Positions 40,901-54,100 of a stretch of DNA of 64,000 nucleotides are shown piece by piece. This DNA comes from the human T2T-CHM13v2.0 reference genome, Homo sapiens. Under the pieces are notes generated by a model that searched no databases, was not told the DNA's origin, and was given only the letters and a program-made list of their open reading frames with translations. Position 1 is the first letter of the stretch. Each line of letters starts with the position of its first letter. The DNA lies in assembly GCF_009914755.1 (NCBI RefSeq), contig NC_060942.1; one strand, given 5' to 3'. The position numbers were made by a program, and so were the translations under genes.

Positions 40901-43900
40901 GGACTTTTGGAGCGCTTTCAGGGCTAAGGTGAAAAAGGAAATATCTTCCCATAAAAACTGGACAGAAGCATTCTCAGAAACTTGTTTATGCTGTATCTAC
41001 TCAACTAACAAAGTTGAACCTTTCTTTTGATAGAGCAGTTTTGAAATGCTCTTTTTGTGGAATCTGCAAGTGGATATTTGGCTAGTTTTGAGGATTTCGT
41101 TGGAAGCGGGAATTCATACAAATTGCAGACTGCAGCGTTCTGAGAAACATCTTTGTGATGTTTGTATTCAGGACAGAGAGTTGAACATTCCCTATCATAG
41201 AGCAGGTTGGAATCACTCCTTTTGTAGTATCTGGAAGTGGACATTTGGAGCGCTTTCAGGCCTATGTTGAAAAAGGAAATATCTTCCCATAACAACTAGA
41301 CACAAGCATTCTCAGAAACTTGTTTGTGATGTGTGCCCTCTACTGACAGAGTTGAACCTTTCTTTTCATAGAGCAGTTTTGAAACACTCTTTTTGTAGAA
41401 TCTGCAAGAGGATATTTGCATAGCTTTGAGGATTTCGTGGGAAACGGGATTGTCTTCAGGTAAAATCTAGACAGAAGCATTCTCAGAAACTTCTTTGGGA
41501 TGTTTCCATTCAAGTCACAGAGCAGAACATTCCCTTTGGTAGAGCAGGTTTGAAACACTCTTTTTGTAGTATCTGGAAGTGGACATTTGGAGCGCTTTCA
41601 GGCCTATGTTGGAAAGGGAAATATCTTCCCGTAACAACTAGGCAGAAGCATTCTCAGAAACTTATTTGAGATGTGTGTACTCAACTAAGAGAATTGAACC
41701 ACCGTTTTGAAGGAGCAGTTTTGAAACACTCTTTTTCTGGAATCTGCAAGAGGATATTTGCCTAGCCTTGAGGATTTCGTTGGAAACGGGATTGTCTTCA
41801 GATCAAATCTAGACAGAGGCATTCTCAGAAACTTCTTTGGGATGTTTGCATTCAAGTCACAGAGTAGAACATTCCCTTTGGTAGAGCAGGTTTGAAACAC
41901 TCTTTTTTTAGTATATGGAAGTGGACATTTGGAGCGCTTTCAGGCCTACGTTGGAAAAGGAAATATCTTCCCATAACAACTAGACAGAAGCATTCTCAGA
42001 AACTAGTTTCTGATGTGTGTCCTCAACTAACACAGTTGAACATTTCTTTAGACAGAACAGTTTTGAAACACTCTTTTTGTGGAATCTGCAAGTGGCTATT
42101 TGGCTAGATTTGAGGATTTCGTTGGAAACGGGATTACATATAAAAAGCAGACAGCAGCATTCTCAGAAAGTTCTTTGTGATGATTGCATTCAAGTCACAG
42201 AATTGAACATTCCCTTTCACAGAGCAAGTTTGAAACACTCTTTTTGTAGTGTGTGTAAGTGGACATTTGGAGCACTTTCCGGCCTAAGGTGAAAAAGGAA
42301 ATATCTTCCCATAAAAACTAGACAGAAGCATTCTCAGAAACTTACTCGTGATGTGTGTCCTCAACTAAAGGAGTAGAACCTTTCTTTTCATAGAGAAGTT
42401 TTGAAACGCTCTTTTTGTGGAATCTGCAAGTGGATATTTGGCTAGTTTTGAGGATTTCGTTGGAAGCGGGAATTCATACAAATTGCAGACTGCAGCGTTC
42501 TGAGAAACATCTTTGTGATGTTTGTATTCAGGACACAGAGTTGAACATTCCCTATCATAGAGCAGGTTTGAATCACTCCTTTTGTAGTATCTGGAAGTGG
42601 ACATTTGGAGCGCTTTCAGGCCTATGTTGGAAAAGGAAATATCTTCCCATAACAACTAGACAGAAGCATTCTCAGAAACTTATTTGAGATGTGTGTACTC
42701 AACTAAGAGAATTGAACCACCGTTTTGAAGGAGCAGTTTTGAAACACTCTTTTTCTGGAATCTGCAAGTGGATATTTGGCTAGCTTTGGGGATTTCGCTG
42801 GAAGCGGGAATACATATAAAAAGCACACAGCAGCGTTCTGAGAAACTGCTTTCTGATGTTTGCATTCAAGTCAAAAGTTGAACACTCCCTTTCATAGAGC
42901 AGTCTTGAAACACCCCTTTTGTAGTATCTGGAACTGGACTTTTGGAGCGCTTTCAGGGCTAAGGTGAAAAAGGAAATATCTTCCCATAAAAACTGGACAG
43001 AAGCATTCTCAGAAACTTGTTTATGCTGTATCTACTCAACTAACAAAGTTGAACCTTTCTTTTGATAGAGCAGTTTTGAAATGCTCTTTTTGTGGAATCT
43101 GCAAGTGGATATTTGGCTAGTTTTGAGGATTTCGTTGGAAGCGGGAATTCATACAAATTGCAGACTGCAGCGTTCTGAGAAACATCTTTGTGATGTTTGT
43201 ATTCAGGACAGAGAGTTGAACATTCCCTATCATAGAGCAGGTTGGAATCACTCCTTTTGTAGTATCTGGAAGTGGACATTTGGAGCGCTTTCAGGCCTAT
43301 GTTGAAAAAGGAAATATCTTCCCATAACAACTAGACACAAGCATTCTCAGAAACTTGTTTGTGATGTGTGCCCTCTACTGACAGAGTTGAACCTTTCTTT
43401 TCATAGAGCAGTTTTGAAACACTCTTTTTGTAGAATCTGCAAGAGGATATTTGCATAGCTTTGAGGATTTCGTGGGAAACGGGATTGTCTTCAGGTAAAA
43501 TCTAGACAGAAGCATTCTCAGAAACTTCTTTGGGATGTTTGCATTCAAGTCACAGAGCAGAACATTCCCTTTGGTAGAGCAGGTTTGAAACACTCTTTTT
43601 GTAGTATCTGGAAGTGGACATTTGGAGCGCTTTCAGGCCTATGTTGGAAAGGGAAATATCTTCCCATAACAACTAGGCAGAAGCATTCTCAGAAACTTAT
43701 TTGAGATGTGTGTACTCAACTAAGAGAATTGAACCACCGTTTTGAAGGAGCAGTTTTGAAACACTCTTTTTCTGGAATCTGCAAGAGGATATTTGCCTAG
43801 CCTTGAGGATTTCGTTGGAAACGGGATTGTCTTCAGATCAAATCTAGACAGAAGCATTCTCAGAAACTTCTTTGGGATGTTTGCATTCAAGTCACAGAGT

Positions 43901-44399
43901 AGAACATTCCCTTTGGTAGAGCAGGTTTGAAACACTCTTTTTTTAGTATATGGAAGTGGACATTTGGAGCGCTTTCAGGCCTACGTTGGAAAAGGAAATA
44001 TCTTCCCATAACAACTAGACAGAAGCATTCTCAGAAACTAGTTTCTGATGTGTGTCCTCAACTAACACAGTTGAGCATTTCTTTAGACAGAACAGTTTTG
44101 AAACACTCTTTTTGTGGAATCTGCAAGTGGCTATTTGGCTAGATTTGAGGATTTCGTTGGAAACGGGATTACATATAAAAAGCAGACAGCAGCATTCTCA
44201 GAAAGTTCTTTGTGATGATTGCATTCAAGTCACAGAATTGAACATTCCCTTTCACAGAGCAGGTTTGAAACACTCTTTTTGTAGTGTGTGTAAGTGGACA
44301 TTTGGAGCACTTTCCGGCCTAAGGTGAAAAAGGAAATATCTTCCCATAAAAACTAGACAGAAGCATTCTCAGAAACTTACTCGTGATGTGTGTCCTCAA

Positions 44400-46092
44400 C
44401 TAAAGGAGTAGAACCTTTCTTTTCATAGAGAAGTTTTGAAACGCTCTTTTTGTGGAATCTGCAAGTGGATATTTGGCTAGTTTTGAGGATTTCGTTGGAA
44501 GCGGGAATTCATACAAATTGCAGACTGCAGCGTTCTGAGAAACATCTTTGTGATGTTTGTATTCAGGACACAGAGTTGAACATTCCCTATCATAGAGCAG
44601 GTTTGAATCACTCCTTTTGTAGTATCTGGAAGTGGACATTTGGAGCGCTTTCAGGCCTATGTTGGAAAAGGAAATATCTTCCCATAACAACTAGACAGAA
44701 GCATTCTCAGAAACTTATTTGAGATGTGTGTACTCAACTAAGAGAATTGAACCACCGTTTTGCAGGAGTAGTTTTGAAACACTCTTTTTCTGGAATCTGC
44801 AAGTGGATATTTGGCTAGCTTTGGGGATTCCGCTGGAAGTGGGAATACATATAAAAAGCACACAGCAACGTTCTGAGAAACTGCTTTCTGATGTTTGCAT
44901 TCAAGTCAAAAGTTGAACACTCCCTTTCATAGAGCAGTCCTGAAACACTCCTTTTGTAGTATCTGGAACTGGACATTTGGAGCGCTTTCAGGGCTAAGGT
45001 GAAAAAGGAAATATCTTCCCATAAAAACTGGACAGAAGCATTCTCAGAAACTTGTTTATGCTGTATCTACTCAACTAACAAAGTTGAACCTTTCTTTTGA
45101 TAGAGCAGTTTTGAAATGCTCTTTTTGTGGAATCTGCAAGTGGATATTTGGCTAGTTTTGAGGATTTCGTTGGAAGCGGGAATTCATACAAATTGCAGAC
45201 TGCAGCGTTCTGAGAAACATCTTTGTGATGTTTGTATTCAGGACAGAGAGTTGAACATTCCCTATCATAGAGCAGGTTGGAATCACTCCTTTTGTAGTAT
45301 CTGGAAGTGGACATTTGGAGCGCTTTCAGGCCTATGTTGGAAAGGGAAATATCTTCCCGTAACAACTAGGCAGAAGCATTCTCAGAAACTTATTTGAGAT
45401 GTGTGTACTCAACTAAGAGAATTGAACCACCGTTTTGAAGGAGCAGTTTTGAAACACTCTTTTTCTGTATTCTGCAAGTATATATTTGCCTAGCCTTGAG
45501 GATTTCGTTGGATACGGGATTGTCTTCAGATAAATTCTAGACAGAAGCATTCTCAGAAACTTCTTTGGGATGTTTCTATTCAAGTCACAGAGTAGAACAT
45601 TCTCTTTGGAAGAGCAGGTTTGAAACACTCTTTTTTTAGTATATGGAAGTGGACATTTGGAGCGCTTTCAGGCCTATGTTGGAAAAGGAAATATCTTCCC
45701 ATAACAACTAGACAGAAGCATTCTCAGAAACTAGTTTCTGATGTGTGTCCTCAACTAACACAGTTGAACATTTCTTTAGACAGAACAGTTTTGAAACACT
45801 CTTTTTGTGGAATCTGCAAGTGGCTATTTGGCTAGATTTAAGGATTTCGTTGGAAACGGGATTACATATAAAAAGCACTCAGCAGCATTGTCAGAAAGTT
45901 CTTTGTGATGATTGCATTCAAGTCACAGAATTGAACATTCCCTTTCACAGAGCAGGTTTGAAACACTCTTTTTGTAGTGTGTGTAAGTGGACATTTGGAG
46001 CACTTACCGGCCTAAGGTGAAAAAGGAAGTATCTTCCCATAAAAACTAGACAGAAGCATTCTCAGAAACTTACTCGTGATGTGTGTCCTCAA
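44400..46092 (+). repeat. 10-mer structural variant (1693 bp; 342-bp deletion of the b5 dimer), divergent haplotype, copy 1
   Basis: Anchor spacing 44400 to 46093; junction in 45290-45339; many linked substitutions. Confidence 0.93.
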
Positions 46093-48127
46093 CTAAAGGA
46101 GTAGAACCTTTCTTTTCATAGAGAAGTTTTGAAACGCTCTTTTTGTGGAATCTGCAAGTGGATATTTGGCTAGTTTTGAGGATTTCGTTGGAAGCGGGAA
46201 TTCATACAAATTGCAGACTGCAGCGTTCTGAGAAACATCTTTGTGATGTTTGTATTCAGGACACAGAGTTGAACATTCCCTATCGTAGAGCAGGTTTGAA
46301 TCACTCCTTTTGTAGTATCTGGAAGTGGACATTTGGAGCGCTTTCAGGCCTATGTTGGAAAAGGAAATATCTTCCCATAACAACTAGACAGAAGCATTCT
46401 CAGAAACTTATTTGAGATGTGTGTACTCAACTAAGAGAATTGAACCACCGTTTTGAAGGAGCAGTTTTGAAACACTCTTTTTCTGGAATCTGCAAGTGGA
46501 TATTTGGCTAGCTTTGGGGATTTCGCTGGAAGCGGGAATACATATAAAAAGCACACAGCAGCGTTCTGAGAAACTGCTTTCTGATGTTTGCATTCAAGTC
46601 AAAAGTTGAACACTCCCTTTCATAGAGCAGTCCTGAAACACTCCTTTTGTAGTATCTGGAACTGGACTTTTGGAGCGCTTTCAGGGCTAAGGTGAAAAAG
46701 GAAATATCTTCCCATAAAAACTGGACAGAAGCATTCTCAGAAACTTATTTATGCTGTATCTACTCAACTAACAAAGTTGAACCTTTCTTTTGATAGAGCA
46801 GTTTTGAAATGCTCTTTTTGTGGAATCTGCAAGTGGATATTTGGCTAGTTTTGAGGATTTCGTTGGAAGCGGGAATTCATACAAATTGCAGACTGCAGCG
46901 TTCTGAGAAACATCTTTGTGATGTTTGTATTCAGGACAGAGAGTTGAACATTCCCTATCATAGAGCAGGTTGGAATCACTCCTTTTGTAGTATCTGGAAG
47001 TGGACATTTGGAGCGCTTTCAGGCCTATGTTGAAAAAGGAAATATCTTCCCATAACAACTAGACACAAGCATTCTCAGAAACTTGTTTGTGATGTGTGCC
47101 CTCTACTGACAGAGTTGAACCTTTCTTTTCATAGAGCAGTTTTGAAACACTCTTTTTGTAGAATCTGCAAGAGGATATTTGCATAGCTTTGAGGATTTCG
47201 TGGGAAACGGGATTGTCTTCAGGTAAAATCTAGACAGAAGCATTCTCAGAAACTTCTTTGGGATGTTTGCATTCAAGTCACAGAGCAGAACATTCCCTTT
47301 GGTAGAGCAGGTTTGAAACACTCTTTTTGTAGTATCTGGAAGTGGACATTTGGAGCGCTTTCAGGCCTATGTTGGAAAGGGAAATATCTTCCCGTAACAA
47401 CTAGGCAGAAGCATTCTCAGAAACTTATTTGAGATGTGTTTAGTCAACTAAGAGAATTGAACCACCGTTTTGAAGGAGCAGTTTTGAAACACTCTTTTTC
47501 TGGAATCTGCAAGAGGATATTTGCCTAGCCTTGAGGATTTCGTTGGAAACGGGATTGTCTTCAGATCAAATCTAGACAGAAGCATTCTCAGAAACTTCTT
47601 TGGGATGTTTGCATTCAAGTCACAGAGTAGAACATTCCCTTTGGTAGAGCAGGTTTGAAACACTCTTTTTTTAGTATATGGAAGTGGACATTTGGAGCGC
47701 TTTCAGGCCTACGTTGGAAAAGGAAATATCTTCCCATAACAACTAGACAGAAGCATTCTCAGAAATTAGTTTCTGATGTGTGTCCTCAACTAACACAGTT
47801 GAGCATTTCTTTAGACAGAACAGTTTTGAAACACTCTTTTTGTGGAATCTGCAAGTGGCTATTTGGCTAGATTTGAGGATTTCGTTGGAAACGGGATTAC
47901 ATATAAAAAGCAGACAGCAGCATTCTCAGAAAGTTCTTTGTGATGATTGCATTCAAGTCACAGAATTGAACATTCCCTTTCACAGAGCAGGTTTGAAACA
48001 CTCTTTTTGTAGTGTGTGTAAGTGGACATTTGGAGCACTTTCCGGCCTAAGGTGAAAAAGGAAATATCTTCCCATAAAAACTAGACAGAAGCATTCTCAG
48101 AAACTTACTCGTGATGTGTGTCCTCAA

Positions 48128-49820
48128 CTAAAGGAGTAGAACCTTTCTTTTCATAGAGAAGTTTTGAAACGCTCTTTTTGTGGAATCTGCAAGTGGATAT
48201 TTGGCTAGTTTTGAGGATTTCGTTGGAAGCGGGAATTCATACAAATTGCAGACTGCAGCGTTCTGAGAAACATCTTTGTGATGTTTGTATTCAGGACACA
48301 GAGTTGAACATTCCCTATCATAGAGCAGGTTTGAATCACTCCTTTTGTAGTATCTGGAAGTGGACATTTGGAGCGCTTTCAGGCCTATGTTGGAAAAGGA
48401 AATATCTTCCCATAACAACTAGACAGAAGCATTCTCAGAAACTTATTTGAGATGTGTGTACTCAACTAAGAGAATTGAACCACCGTTTTGCAGGAGTAGT
48501 TTTGAAACACTCTTTTTCTGGAATCTGCAAGTGGATATTTGGCTAGCTTTGGGGATTCCGCTGGAAGTGGGAATACATATAAAAAGCACACAGCAACGTT
48601 CTGAGAAACTGCTTTCTGATGTTTGCATTCAAGTCAAAAGTTGAACACTCCCTTTCATAGAGCAGTCCTGAAACACTCCTTTTGTAGTATCTGGAACTGG
48701 ACATTTGGAGCGCTTTCAGGGCTAAGGTGAAAAAGGAAATATCTTCCCATAAAAACTGGACAGAAGCATTCTCAGAAACTTGTTTATGCTGTATCTACTC
48801 AACTAACAAAGTTGAACCTTTCTTTTGATAGAGCAGTTTTGAAATGCTCTTTTTGTGGAATCTGCAAGTGGATATTTGGCTAGTTTTGAGGATTTCGTTG
48901 GAAGCGGGAATTCATACAAATTGCAGACTGCAGCGTTCTGAGAAACATCTTTGTGATGTTTGTATTCAGGACAGAGAGTTGAACATTCCCTATCATAGAG
49001 CAGGTTGGAATCACTCCTTTTGTAGTATCTGGAAGTGGACATTTGGAGCGCTTTCAGGCCTATGTTGGAAAGGGAAATATCTTCCCGTAACAACTAGGCA
49101 GAAGCATTCTCAGAAACTTATTTGAGATGTGTGTACTCAACTAAGAGAATTGAACCACCGTTTTGAAGGAGCAGTTTTGAAACACTCTTTTTCTGTATTC
49201 TGCAAGTATATATTTGCCTAGCCTTGAGGATTTCGTTGGATACGGGATTTTCTTCAGATAAATTCTAGACAGAAGCATTCTCAGAAACTTCTTTGGGATG
49301 TTTCTATTCAAGTCACAGAGTAGAACATTCTCTTTGGAAGAGCAGGTTTGAAACACTCTTTTTTTAGTATATGGAAGTGGACATTTGGAGCGCTTTCAGG
49401 CCTATGTTGGAAAAGGAAATATCTTCCCATAACAACTAGACAGAAGCATTCTCAGAAACTAGTTTCTGATGTGTGTCCTCAACTAACACAGTTGAACATT
49501 TCTTTAGACAGAACAGTTTTGAAACACTCTTTTTGTGGAATCTGCAAGTGGCTATTTGGCTAGATTTAAGGATTTCGTTGGAAACGGGATTACATATAAA
49601 AAGCACTCAGCAGCATTGTCAGAAAGTTCTTTGTGATGATTGCATTCAAGTCACAGAATTGAACATTCCCTTTCACAGAGCAGGTTTGAAACACTCTTTT
49701 TGTAGTGTGTGTAAGTGGACATTTGGAGCACTTACCGGCCTAAGGTGAAAAAGGAAGTATCTTCCCATAAAAACTAGACAGAAGCATTCTCAGAAACTTA
49801 CTCGTGATGTGTGTCCTCAA
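48128..49820 (+). repeat. 10-mer structural variant, divergent haplotype, copy 2
   Basis: Anchor spacing 48128 to 49821; same junction (49018-49067) and same substitutions as copy 1. Confidence 0.93.
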
Positions 49821-51180
49821 CTAAAGGAGTAGAACCTTTCTTTTCATAGAGAAGTTTTGAAACGCTCTTTTTGTGGAATCTGCAAGTGGATATTTGGCTA
49901 GTTTTGAGGATTTCGTTGGAAGCGGGAATTCATACAAATTGCAGACTGCAGCGTTCTGAGAAACATCTTTGTGATGTTTGTATTCAGGACACAGAGTTGA
50001 ACATTCCCTATCGTAGAGCAGGTTTGAATCACTCCTTTTGTAGTATCTGGAAGTGGACATTTGGAGCGCTTTCAGGCCTATGTTGAAAAAGGAAATATCT
50101 TCCCATAACAACTAGACACAAGCATTCTCAGAAACTTGTTTGTGATGTGTGCCCTCTACTGACAGAGTTGAACCTTTCTTTTCATAGAGCAGTTTTGAAA
50201 CACTCTTTTTGTAGAATCTGCAAGAGGATATTTGCATAGCTTTGAGGATTTCGTGGGAAACGGGATTGTCTTCAGGTAAAATCTAGACAGAAGCATTCTC
50301 AGAAACTTCTTTGGGATGTTTGCATTCAAGTCACAGAGCAGAACATTCCCTTTGGTAGAGCAGGTTTGAAACACTCTTTTTGTAGTATCTGGAAGTGGAC
50401 ATTTGGAGCGCTTTCAGGCCTATGTTGGAAAGGGAAATATCTTCCCGTAACAACTAGGCAGAAGCATTCTCAGAAACTTATTTGAGATGTGTGTACTCAA
50501 CTAAGAGAATTGAACCACCGTTTTGAAGGAGCAGTTTTGAAACACTCTTTTTCTGGAATCTGCAAGAGGATATTTGCCTAGCCTTGAGGATTTCGTTGGA
50601 AACGGGATTGTCTTCAGATCAAATCTAGACAGAAGCATTCTCAGAAACTTCTTTGGGATGTTTGCATTCAAGTCACAGAGTAGAACATTCCCTTTGGTAG
50701 AGCAGGTTTGAAACACTCTTTTTTTAGTATATGGAAGTGGACATTTGGAGCGCTTTCAGGCCTACGTTGGAAAAGGAAATATCTTCCCATAACAACTAGA
50801 CAGAAGCATTCTCAGAAACTAGTTTCTGATGTGTGTCCTCAACTAACACAGTTGAACATTTCTTTAGACAGAACAGTTTTGAAACACTCTTTTTGTGGAA
50901 TCTGCAAGTGGCTATTTGGCTAGATTTGAGGATTTCGTTGGAAACGGGATTACATATAAAAAGCAGACAGCAGCATTCTCAGAAAGTTCTTTGTGATGAT
51001 TGCATTCAAGTCACAGAATTGAACATTCCCTTTCACAGAGCAGGTTTGAAACACTCTTTTTGTAGTGTGTGTAAGTGGACATTTGGAGCACTTTCCGGCC
51101 TAAGGTGAAAAAGGAAATATCTTCCCATAAAAACTAGACAGAAGCATTCTCAGAAACTTACTCGTGATGTGTGTCCTCAA
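49821..51180 (+). repeat. 8-mer structural variant type B (1360 bp; 675-bp deletion removing b3 and b4)
   Basis: Anchor spacing 49821 to 51181; post-b2 sequence switches to post-b4 sequence within 50026-50085. Confidence 0.93.
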
Positions 51181-54100
51181 CTAAAGGAGTAGAACCTTTC
51201 TTTTCATAGAGAAGTTTTGAAACGCTCTTTTTGTGGAATCTGCAAGTGGATATTTGGCTAGTTTTGAGGATTTCGTTGGAAGCGGGAATTCATACAAATT
51301 GCAGACTGCAGCGTTCTGAGAAACATCTTTGTGATGTTTGTATTCAGGACACAGAGTTGAACATTCCCTATCATAGAGCAGGTTTGAATCACTCCTTTTG
51401 TAGTATCTGGAAGTGGACATTTGGAGCGCTTTCAGGCCTATGTTGGAAAAGGAAATATCTTCCCATAACAACTAGACAGAAGCATTCTCAGAAACTTATT
51501 TGAGATGTGTGTACTCAACTAAGAGAATTGAACCACCGTTTTGAAGGAGCAGTTTTGAAACACTCTTTTTCTGGAATCTGCAAGTGGATATTTGGCTAGC
51601 TTTGGGGATTTCGCTGGAAGCGGGAATACATATAAAAAGCACACAGCAGCGTTCTGAGAAACTGCTTTCTGATGTTTGCATTCAAGTCAAAAGTTGAACA
51701 CTCCCTTTCATAGAGCAGTCCTGAAACACCCCTTTTGTAGTATCTGGAACTGGACTTTTGGAGCGCTTTCAGGGCTAAGGTGAAAAAGGAAATATCTTCC
51801 CATAAAAACTGGACAGAAGCATTCTCAGAAACTTGTTTATGCTGTATCTACTCAACTAACAAAGTTGAACCTTTCTTTTGATAGAGCAGTTTTGAAATGC
51901 TCTTTTTGTGGAATCTGCAAGTGGATATTTGGCTAGTTTTGAGGATTTCGTTGGAAGCGGGAATTCATACAAATTGCAGACTGCAGCGTTCTGAGAAACA
52001 TCTTTGTGATGTTTGTATTCAGGACAGAGAGTTGAACATTCCCTATCATAGAGCAGGTTGGAATCACTCCTTTTGTAGTATCTGGAAGTGGACATTTGGA
52101 GCGCTTTCAGGCCTATGTTGAAAAAGGAAATATCTTCCCATAACAACTAGACACAAGCATTCTCAGAAACTTGTTTGTGATGTGTGCCCTCTACTGACAG
52201 AGTTGAACCTTTCTTTTCATAGAGCAGTTTTGAAACACTCTTTTTGTAGAATCTGCAAGAGGATATTTGCATAGCTTTGAGGATTTCGTGGGAAACGGGA
52301 TTGTCTTCAGGTAAAATCTAGACAGAAGCATTCTCAGAAACTTCTTTGGGATGTTTGCATTCAAGTCACAGAGCAGAACATTCCCTTTGGTAGAGCAGGT
52401 TTGAAACACTCTTTTTGTAGTATCTGGAAGTGGACATTTGGAGCGCTTTCAGGCCTATGTTGGAAAGGGAAATATCTTCCCGTAACAACTAGGCAGAAGC
52501 ATTCTCAGAAACTTATTTGAGATGTGTGTACTCAACTAAGAGAATTGAACCACCGTTTTGAAGGAGCAGTTTTGAAACACTCTTTTTCTGGAATCTGCAA
52601 GAGGATATTTGCCTAGCCTTGAGGATTTCGTTGGAAACGGGATTGTCTTCAGATCAAATCTAGACAGAAGCATTCTCAGAAACTTCTTTGGGATGTTTGC
52701 ATTCAAGTCACAGAGTAGAACATTCCCTTTGGTAGAGCAGGTTTGAAACACTCTTTTTTTAGTATATGGAAGTGGACATTTGGAGCGCTTTCAGGCCTAC
52801 GTTGGAAAAGGAAATATCTTCCCATAACAACTAGACAGAAGCATTCTCAGAAACTAGTTTCTGATGTGTGTCCTCAACTAACACAGTTGAACATTTCTTT
52901 AGACAGAACAGTTTTGAAACACTCTTTTTGTGGAATCTGCAAGTGGCTATTTGGCTAGATTTGAGGATTTCGTTGGAAACGGGATTACATATAAAAAGCA
53001 GACAGCAGCATTCTCAGAAAGTTCTTTGGGATGATTGCATTCAAGTCACAGAATTGAACATTCCCTTTCACAGAACAGGTTTGAAACACTCTTTTTGTCG
53101 TGTGTGTAAGTGGACATTTGGAGCACTTTCCGGCCTAAGGTGAAAAAGGAAATATCTTCCCATAAAAACTAGACAGAAGCATTCTCAGAAACTTACTCGT
53201 GATGTGTGTCCTCAACTAAAGGAGTAGAACCTTTCTTTTCATAGAGAAGTTTTGAAACGCTCTTTTTGTGGAATCTGCATGTGGATATTTGGCTAGTTTT
53301 GAGGATTTCGTTGGAAGCGGGAATTCATACAAATTGCAGACTGCAGCGTTCTGAGAAACATCTTTGTGATGTTTGTATTCAGGACACAGAGTTGAACATT
53401 CCCTATCATAGAGCAGGTTTGAATCACTCCTTTTGTAGTATCTGGAAGTGGACATTTGGAGCGCTTTCAGGCCTATGTTGGAAAAGGAAATATCTTCCCA
53501 TAACAACTAGACAGAAGCATTCTCAGAAACTTATTTGAGATGTGTGTACTCAACTAAGAGAATTGAACCACCGTTTTGAAGGAGCAGTTTTGAAACACTC
53601 TTTTTCTGGAATCTGCAAGTGGATATTTGGCTAGCTTTGGGGATTTCGCTGGAAGCGGGAATACATATAAAAAGCACACAGCAGCGTTCTGAGAAACTGC
53701 TTTCTGATGTTTGCATTCAAGTCAAAAGTTGAACACTCCCTTTCATAGAGCAGTCCTGAAACACTCCTTTTGTAGTATCTGGAACTGGACTTTTGGAGCG
53801 CTTTCAGGGCTAAGGTAAAAAAGGAAATATCTTCCCATAAAAACTGGACAGAAGCATTCTCAGAAACTTGTTTATGCTGTATCTACTCAACTAACAAAGT
53901 TGAACCTTTCTTTTGATAGAGCAGTTTTGAAATGCTCTTTTTGTGGAATCTGCAAGTGGATATTTGGCTAGTTTTGAGGATTTCGTTGGAAGCGGGAATT
54001 CATACAAATTGCAGACTGCAGCGTTCTGAGAAACATCTTTGTGATGTTTGTATTCAGGACAGAGAGTTGAACATTCCCTATCATAGAGCAGGTTGGAATC

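Noticed and set aside
45503-45519. Variant b6 box TTTCGTTGGATACGGGA as an inactivated CENP-B box
   Set aside because: The A>T change is at non-core position 11; TTCG, A10 and CGGG are intact.
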